From Acidobacteriota bacterium (GTDB lineage Bacteria; Acidobacteriota; Polarisedimenticolia; Gp22-AA2), in the NCBI GenBank assembly GCA_046758905.1, contig JBHIBC010000006.1, positions 6,686 to 70,685 of the forward strand: a DNA stretch of 64,000 nucleotides. The letters run 5' to 3'. The notes below the pieces were generated by a model that was given only the letters and a program-made list of their open reading frames with translations, was not told where the DNA came from and did no database searches. Made by a program: the position numbers and the translations under genes. This document shows positions 57,688 to 64,000 of this stretch, piece after piece (the stretch's first letter is position 1; the number at the start of each line of letters is the position of its first letter).

Positions 57688-60600
57688 TTGAGCGTGGCCG
57701 AGACAGCCGAGGCGGTCGGCGTCGTGAAGGGTCGCGAGGAGACCACCTCCGAGGCGGTCGACGGGAACGAGGCGGCCGCTCGGGTGGCGTACTCCCTGAG
57801 CGAGGTCATCGCCATCTACCCGATCACCCCCTCCTCTCCCATGGGGGAGCTGGCCGACATGTGGTCCGCCACGGGCCGGGCGAACCTCTGGGGGACGGTG
57901 CCCACCGTGGTGGAGATGCAGAGCGAGGGGGGCGCGGCCGGAGCCCTGCACGGCGCGCTGACCACCGGGTCCCTGGCGACGACCTTCACGTCGTCGCAGG
58001 GCCTGCTCCTCATGATCCCGAACATGTTCAAGATCGCGGGAGAGCTCACGCCGACGGTCATCCACGTCGCGGCCCGGTCGGTCGCCTGCCACGCGCTGTC
58101 GATCTTCGGCGACCACAGCGACGTGATGGCGACGCGGGGCACAGGGTTCGCGCTGCTCGCCTCCGGATCCGTCCAGGAAGCGGCCGACCTCGCCTGCATC
58201 GCGCACGCGTCGACGCTGGCCGCGCGCGTTCCCTTCCTGCACTTCTTCGACGGATTCCGGACCTCGCATGAGATCCAGAAGATCGCGACCTTGGGCGATC
58301 CCGACCTGCGCGCGATGATCGACGACAGCTGGCTGCGGGAGCACCGCGCCCGCGGCCTCAGCCCCGAGCGCCCGTCGATCCGAGGGACCGCGCAGAACCC
58401 GGACGTCTTCTTCCAGGCCCGCGAGGCGGTGAACCCCTTCTACCTCGCCTGCCCGGGGATCGTGCAGGCGACGATGGACCGGTTCGCCGGACTGACCGGG
58501 CGCGCCTATCACCTGTTCGACTACGTCGGCCACCCGCGGGCCGAGCGCGTCGTCGTGCTGATGGGCTCGGGAGTCGGCGCAGCCGAGGAGGCGGTGGAGG
58601 CGCGGGCGGGGCGCGGCGAGCCGGTGGGGCTGCTGAAGGTACGCCTGTACCGGCCGTTCTCGGCCGACGCGTTCGTCGCCGCGCTGCCCCCCTCGGTCCG
58701 ATCGATCGCCGTCCTCGACCGGACCAAGGAGCCGGGCAGCCCCGGCGAGCCCCTCTACCTGGACGTGGTCGCGGCGATCGAGGAGACCGCCGCCGCCGGC
58801 TCGGCCCGCTTCGAGAGGCGGCCCCGGGTCATCGGCGGGCGATACGGGCTCTCCTCGAAGGAGTTCACGCCGGCGATGGTCGCCCGGATCCTCGCCGAGC
58901 TTGAGGCCGACAGCCCGAAGAACCACTTCACGATCGGCATCGTGGACGACGTGACCGGCACGTCGCTCGACTGGGACCGCCGGGACGGCGCCGAGCCTCC
59001 CGGGACGGTGCGGGCGGTGTTCTACGGCCTGGGGGCGGACGGCACGGTGGGGGCCAACAAGAACTCGATCAAGATCATCGCCGAGCAGACCGGCAACCAG
59101 GCGCAGGGGTACTTCGTCTACGACTCGAAGAAGGCCGGCTCGGTGACGGTGTCGCACCTGCGTTTCGGTCCCCGGCCGATCCGCTCCACCTACCTGATCC
59201 GATCCGCGGACTTCGTCGCCTGCCACCAGGAGAGCTTCCTCGAGACCATGGACATTCTCGAGGTGGCCGGGCAGGGGGCGACCTTCCTGCTCAACTGCCG
59301 GACCCCTCCCGACCGGGTCTGGGACCGGCTGCCGCGCGACCTGCAGGAGACGATCATCGCGAAGCGGCTGCGGTTGTTCGTGATCGACGCCTACCGGGTG
59401 GCCCGGGAGGCCGGCCTCGGACGGCGGATCAACACCGTGATGCAGACCTGCTTCTTCGCCATCAGCGGGGTGCTCCCGATCGACCGCGCGGTGAGCGCCA
59501 TCAAGGAGTCGATCCGCAGGACCTACGCGAGGAAGAGCGAGCAGGTGGTGGCCATGAACATCGCCGCGGTGGACGCGGCGCTGTCGGCGTTCTCGGAGGT
59601 CCGGGTGCCGCAGCGTGCGACCTCGACCCGCGCGCGGCGGCCCGTCGTGCCCGATTCGGCGCCCGACTTCGTGCGCCGCACCACCGCCGAGATCCTCGCG
59701 GGTCGGGGCGACCTCCTGCCGGTCAGCGCCCTGCCGGTCGACGGCACCTTCCCCACCGGGACGGCGAGGTGGGAGAAACGCAACATCGCCCTGACCGTGC
59801 CGGCGTGGGACGAGCAGTGGTGCATCCAGTGCAACAAGTGCGCGATGGTCTGCCCGCACGCCGCCATCCGGGTGAAGGCCTACCCGGCCGCGGCCGGAGC
59901 GGGGGCGCCCGCGACGTTCAAGAGCATGGAGTGGAGGGGGACCGAGTTCCCCCGAGGGACGAAGTACACCGTGCAGGTCGCCGTGGAGGACTGCACCGGC
60001 TGCGGCATGTGCGTCGAGATCTGCCCCGCCAAGAACAAGACCGAGACGCGCTTCAAGGCGATCAACATGGTCCCTCAGGCCGGCCTGCGCGAGCCGGAGC
60101 GGGACAACCTCGAGTTCTTCCTCGGGCTCCCGGAGGCCGACCGGACGGCGATCCGCGTGGACACCGTCAAGGGGTCCCAGCTCCTCGAGCCGCTGTTCGA
60201 GTACTCCGGGGCCTGCGCCGGCTGCGGCGAGACCCCGTACCTCAAGCTGATGACCCAGCTGTTCGGCGACCGGCTGCTGGTGGCCAACGCCACCGGGTGT
60301 TCCTCCATCTACGGCGGCAACCTGCCGACGACCCCGTGGTCGTCCGACAGGCAGGGGCGCGGGCCCGCCTGGTCGAACTCGCTGTTCGAGGACAACGCCG
60401 AGTTCGGCCTCGGCTTCCGCCTGAGCCTGGACAAACGGGCCGCCCGCGCGCGGGAGCTGCTGCAGCGGCTGCGGCCGCGGCTCGGCGACGAGCTGGTCCG
60501 GGACCTGCTGGAGTCCCGGTCGCGGACCGAGAGCGAGCTCGCGCGGCAGCGCGCCCGCCTCGCCGAGGTCAGGCGGCGCCTGGCCGGGCACGAGGACCCC

Positions 60601-61326
60601 GAGGCGCGCGACCTGCTCTCGGTCGCCGACGCCCTGGTCCGGTCGAGCGTCTGGATCGTGGGCGGGGACGGCTGGGCCTACGACATCGGATTCGGCGGGC
60701 TGGACCACGTCCTGAACTCCGGACACGACGTCAACGTCCTGGTGCTCGACACCGAGGTCTACTCGAACACCGGCGGCCAGGCCTCCAAGGCAACGCCGCG
60801 CGCGGCGTCCGCGAAGTTCGCCTCCGCGGGCAAGGCGGGCCCGCGCAAGGACCTCGTCGGCCTGGCCCTGACCTACGGCCACGTGTACGTGGCCCGCGTC
60901 GCGATGGGGGCCTCCGACGCCCAGACGGTGAAGGCCTTCCTGGAGGCGGAGGCCTACCCGGGCCCCTCGCTCATCGTCGCGTACAGCCACTGCATCGCCC
61001 ACGGCATCAACATGACGCTGGGGATGACGCAGCAGAAGCTGGCGGTGGACTCGGGCTACTGGCCCCTGCTGCGCTACCACCCGGACGAGGCCGACGGCGG
61101 GACGGGCCTGCACCTCGACTCCAAGCCGCCGCGGATCAAGCTGGAGGAGTACGCTTACCGGGAGACCCGCTACCGGATCCTGACCGTCAGCCATCCCGAG
61201 CGGGCCCGGCGGCTCATGGAGCTGGCGCGGCGGGATGTGCAGAGGCAGTGGAGACTGCTGACCGGAATGGCCGCGCCCCGCGCGGCGGGCTCCTCCGGAG
61301 GGGGGTCGTCGTCGCATGGACCTTAG
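57688..61326 (+). CDS. nifJ: pyruvate:ferredoxin (flavodoxin) oxidoreductase, homodimeric type
   Basis: AGGAGG RBS; DGNEA, YPITPSS, MQSEGGAAG, two ferredoxin motifs, GACAGCGE, GGDGWAYDIG. Confidence 0.97.
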   Translation: MSVAETAEAVGVVKGREETTSEAVDGNEAAARVAYSLSEVIAIYPITPSSPMGELADMWSATGRANLWGTVPTVVEMQSEGGAAGALHGALTTGSLATTFTSSQGLLLMIPNMFKIAGELTPTVIHVAARSVACHALSIFGDHSDVMATRGTGFALLASGSVQEAADLACIAHASTLAARVPFLHFFDGFRTSHEIQKIATLGDPDLRAMIDDSWLREHRARGLSPERPSIRGTAQNPDVFFQAREAVNPFYLACPGIVQATMDRFAGLTGRAYHLFDYVGHPRAERVVVLMGSGVGAAEEAVEARAGRGEPVGLLKVRLYRPFSADAFVAALPPSVRSIAVLDRTKEPGSPGEPLYLDVVAAIEETAAAGSARFERRPRVIGGRYGLSSKEFTPAMVARILAELEADSPKNHFTIGIVDDVTGTSLDWDRRDGAEPPGTVRAVFYGLGADGTVGANKNSIKIIAEQTGNQAQGYFVYDSKKAGSVTVSHLRFGPRPIRSTYLIRSADFVACHQESFLETMDILEVAGQGATFLLNCRTPPDRVWDRLPRDLQETIIAKRLRLFVIDAYRVAREAGLGRRINTVMQTCFFAISGVLPIDRAVSAIKESIRRTYARKSEQVVAMNIAAVDAALSAFSEVRVPQRATSTRARRPVVPDSAPDFVRRTTAEILAGRGDLLPVSALPVDGTFPTGTARWEKRNIALTVPAWDEQWCIQCNKCAMVCPHAAIRVKAYPAAAGAGAPATFKSMEWRGTEFPRGTKYTVQVAVEDCTGCGMCVEICPAKNKTETRFKAINMVPQAGLREPERDNLEFFLGLPEADRTAIRVDTVKGSQLLEPLFEYSGACAGCGETPYLKLMTQLFGDRLLVANATGCSSIYGGNLPTTPWSSDRQGRGPAWSNSLFEDNAEFGLGFRLSLDKRAARARELLQRLRPRLGDELVRDLLESRSRTESELARQRARLAEVRRRLAGHEDPEARDLLSVADALVRSSVWIVGGDGWAYDIGFGGLDHVLNSGHDVNVLVLDTEVYSNTGGQASKATPRAASAKFASAGKAGPRKDLVGLALTYGHVYVARVAMGASDAQTVKAFLEAEAYPGPSLIVAYSHCIAHGINMTLGMTQQKLAVDSGYWPLLRYHPDEADGGTGLHLDSKPPRIKLEEYAYRETRYRILTVSHPERARRLMELARRDVQRQWRLLTGMAAPRAAGSSGGGSSSHGP

Positions 61327-62314
61327 CACGCGCTACCTCGGGCTGGAGCTCGGGAACCCGCTGGTCCCGTCGGCGTCGCCGCTGTCGGAATCGATCGACA
61401 GCCTGCGCCGGATGGAGGACGCGGGCGCCTCGGCGGTGGTGCTGCAATCACTGTTCGAGGAGCAGATCGAGCAGGAGGCGCGCACGCTCGACCATTACCT
61501 GTCGCACGGCGCCGAGTCGTATTACGAGTCGCTCAGCTACTTTCCCGAGCAGCCTCACGTCCAATTCGGTCCGGACGAGTATCTCGATCACGTCCGGCGC
61601 GCGCGGGAGGCGGTGGCGATCCCGGTCATCGCCAGTCTCAACGGCAGCTCGGCGGGCGGCTGGACCGACTACGCCCGGCGGATCGAGGAGGCGGGCGCGA
61701 GCGCCCTCGAGCTCAATCTGTACGACATACCGGCCGACCCCCGGGTGAGCTCGGAGGAGGTGGAGTCGCGCCACCTCGAGGTGGTGCGGCGGGTGCGGGC
61801 GGCGGTCCGCCTGCCCCTGGCCGTCAAGATCGGCCCGTACTTCAGCGCCATGGCCCACATGGCGCGGCGTCTGGCGGAGGCCGGCGCCGACGGGCTGGTG
61901 CTGTTCAACCGCTTCTACCAGCCCGACATCCATCTCGAGGAGCTGGAGGTGCGTCCCAACGTGCTGCTCAGCACGCCCCAGGCGATGCGGCTTCCGCTGC
62001 GGTGGATCGCCATCTTGAGCGGCCGGGTGCCGTGCAGCCTGGCGGCGACCGGAGGGATTCACACGCACGAGGACGCCCTGAAGATGGTCCTGGCGGGCGC
62101 CGATGTCACCATGCTGTGCTCGGCCCTGCTGCGGCACGGCATCGACCACCTCGGCACCGTCCTCGAGGGGATGCGCGAGTGGCTGGAGGAGCACGAGTAC
62201 GCCTCCCTCGAGCAGATGAAGGGGAGCATGAGCCACCGCGCCTGCCCGGACCCGACCGCGTTCGAGCGGCTCAACTACATGAGGGCGCTCACCGGGTACC
62301 ACCTGACGCGTTGA
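61316..62314 (+). CDS. dihydroorotate dehydrogenase-like flavoprotein
   Basis: YLGLELGNPL..SASPL, SLFEEQI, ELNLY, LFNRFYQPD, ATGGIH; family commonly found next to nifJ. Confidence 0.88.
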   Translation: MDLSTRYLGLELGNPLVPSASPLSESIDSLRRMEDAGASAVVLQSLFEEQIEQEARTLDHYLSHGAESYYESLSYFPEQPHVQFGPDEYLDHVRRAREAVAIPVIASLNGSSAGGWTDYARRIEEAGASALELNLYDIPADPRVSSEEVESRHLEVVRRVRAAVRLPLAVKIGPYFSAMAHMARRLAEAGADGLVLFNRFYQPDIHLEELEVRPNVLLSTPQAMRLPLRWIAILSGRVPCSLAATGGIHTHEDALKMVLAGADVTMLCSALLRHGIDHLGTVLEGMREWLEEHEYASLEQMKGSMSHRACPDPTAFERLNYMRALTGYHLTR

Positions 62315-62442
62315 ACGGCGGCGCGGGGCGCGACGGACCCGGACCGACGGGTCCCGGGAGCCTGGGGCATGAGTATCCCATCGCTTGACCACGACGGCGA
62401 CGCGATGCGAGGGCGTGCGCGGCCGTCCGGAGGGTTCGAACC

Positions 62443-64000
62443 ATGACGGCAGCGAAGAACGGAACGGTGTGCGCCTGGGTGGACGAGTGCGCGCGGCTGT
62501 GCGAGCCCGGATCGATCGTCTGGTGCGACGGCTCGGAGGAGGAGAAGGAGCGGTTCACGCGCCGGGCCCTCGAGGCCGGCGAGCTGATCGCGCTCAACCA
62601 CGACAGGCTCCCCGGATGCTACCTGCACCGCAGCGCCCCCAACGACGTCGCCCGGACCGAGAAGCTCACGTTCATCTGCTCCCCCGACGCCGGCGACGCC
62701 GGGCCCACCAACAACTGGATGGCCCCGGCGGAGGCCTACGCCCGCCTCGGCGCGATCTTCAAGGGGTCCATGAGGGACCGCACGATGTACGTCGTCCCGT
62801 TCCTGATGGGCCCGTCCGCCTCGCCCTTCAGCAAGGTCGGGGTGCAGATCACCGACAGCCTGTACGTCGCGCTCAACCTCGGCATCATGACCCGCATGGG
62901 CACGGTGGCCCTCGAGCAGCTCGGCTCCTCGGAGGACTTCACCCGCGGGCTGCACTGCCGCGCCGACCTGAACGAGAACCGCCGCTTCATCTGCCACTTC
63001 CCGCAGGACAACACCATCTGGAGCGTCGGCTCCGGGTACGGCGGCAACGCACTGCTGTCGAAGAAGTGCCTGGCGCTGCGCCTGGCCAGCGCCTACGGCC
63101 GCAAGGAGGGCTGGCTGGCGGAGCACATGCTGATCGTCGGGGTCGAGGATCCCGGCGGCGATGTCACTTACATCGCCGGGGCCTTCCCGAGCGCCTGCGG
63201 CAAGACCAACCTGGCGATGCTCGTCCCGCCGGCGCGCTTCGAGGGCTGGAAGGTATGGACCGTCGGCGACGACATCGCCTGGATCCGCCCCGGCGAGGAC
63301 GGGCGGTTGTACGCCGTCAATCCGGAGGCCGGGCTCTTCGGGGTCGCCCCCGGCACCAGCCTGCGCTCCAACCCCAACGCCGTGGCGATGCTCAACCGCG
63401 ACACCATCTTCACCAACGTGGCGCAGAAGAAGGACGGCACCGTCTGGTGGGAGGGGCTCGAGGATCCGCCCGACGAGTGCATCGACTGGCGGGGACGCCG
63501 CTGGACCCCGGCGAGCCCCGAGAAGGCCGCGCATCCCAACAGCCGCTTCACGGTCTCGATCCGCCAGTGTCCCAGCTACTCCGAGGAGTGGAACAACCCC
63601 CGGGGGGTGCCGCTGAGCGCCATCCTGTTCGGCGCGCGCCGGGGCTCGGTCGTCCCGCTGGTCTACGAGTCGTTCAACTGGCAACACGGGACCTACCTGG
63701 GCGCCACGATGGCCTCCGAGACCACGGCCGCCGCCACCGGCAAGGTGGGGGTGCTGCGCCGCGACCCGTTTGCGATGCTCCCCTTCTGCGGCTACAACAT
63801 GGCCGACTATTTCCGCCACTGGCTGGAGCTGGGGGCGCGCCTCGCGCACCCGCCCCGGATCTACCGCGTCAACTGGTTCCGCAGGGACGAGGGCGGGCGC
63901 TTCCTGTGGCCCGGCTTCGGGGAGAACATCCGCGTCCTGCAGTGGATCATCGCCCGCTGTCGGGGCGAGGGGCCGGCATCCGAGACCCCGATCGGCTGCG
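62443..64000 (+). CDS. pckG: GTP-dependent phosphoenolpyruvate carboxykinase (3' truncated by window; absent from the ORF track)
   Basis: manual translation from ATG 62443: WCDGSEEE, DVARTE, GPTNNW, SGYGGNALL, EGWLAEHM, AFPSACGKTNLAM, GDDIAW, RDPFAMLPFCGYN. Confidence 0.96.
   Translation, partial: MTAAKNGTVCAWVDECARLCEPGSIVWCDGSEEEKERFTRRALEAGELIALNHDRLPGCYLHRSAPNDVARTEKLTFICSPDAGDAGPTNNWMAPAEAYARLGAIFKGSMRDRTMYVVPFLMGPSASPFSKVGVQITDSLYVALNLGIMTRMGTVALEQLGSSEDFTRGLHCRADLNENRRFICHFPQDNTIWSVGSGYGGNALLSKKCLALRLASAYGRKEGWLAEHMLIVGVEDPGGDVTYIAGAFPSACGKTNLAMLVPPARFEGWKVWTVGDDIAWIRPGEDGRLYAVNPEAGLFGVAPGTSLRSNPNAVAMLNRDTIFTNVAQKKDGTVWWEGLEDPPDECIDWRGRRWTPASPEKAAHPNSRFTVSIRQCPSYSEEWNNPRGVPLSAILFGARRGSVVPLVYESFNWQHGTYLGATMASETTAAATGKVGVLRRDPFAMLPFCGYNMADYFRHWLELGARLAHPPRIYRVNWFRRDEGGRFLWPGFGENIRVLQWIIARCRGEGPASETPIGC

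Noticed and set aside
55978-61329. 1783-aa minus-strand ORF
   Set aside because: Only the last 456 aa (from ATG 57348) are tryptophanase; the rest is the stop-free antisense shadow of nifJ, typical of high-GC DNA
1-64000. rRNA, tRNA, CRISPR arrays, transposases, integrases, prophage
   Set aside because: None recognised by eye; composition looks broadly uniform, so there is no support for recent horizontal acquisition of the island

Overview
This is a very GC-rich bacterial window (about 70% by eye); gene content suggests an Acidobacteriota-like organism, which is inference only. The left part (1-28.3 kb) is mostly ordinary: an acyl-CoA catabolic operon, a REC-PilZ protein, a secreted matrixin protease, queF, an aldehyde dehydrogenase, a divergent di-heme peroxidase-family protein, a hybrid sensor kinase, a fused LeuD-LeuC-type hydro-lyase, a sugar ABC importer, a MacAB-type exporter and a heme-synthesis-type radical SAM enzyme. 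The main feature is a ~27.5 kb, all plus-strand respiratory island (28.4-56.0 kb) carrying 87 CxxCH plus 2 CxxxCH heme-c motifs (hand count). It has three modules: (i) alternative complex III (actABCDEF) with no terminal oxidase; (ii) NHL protein, OmcE-like tetraheme (a cytochrome-nanowire homolog), beta-barrel, NHL lipoprotein, 12-heme OmcE-domain fusion and 9-heme cytochrome; (iii) a duplicated Rieske/cytochrome b/9-heme unit flanking a 13-heme CbcL-like protein and ending in an 18-heme NapC/NirT-type protein. The second cytochrome b has lost a heme ligand and the PEWY motif. Each module, the OmcE-like gene itself, and nifJ are preceded by a correctly spaced sigma54 (-24/-12) promoter motif, and a Rex/CRP-type palindrome lies just before the nanowire module. 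The right end holds tryptophanase, nifJ, a DHODH-like protein and a truncated GTP-dependent PEP carboxykinase. All family assignments come from motif recognition and were not database-checked.
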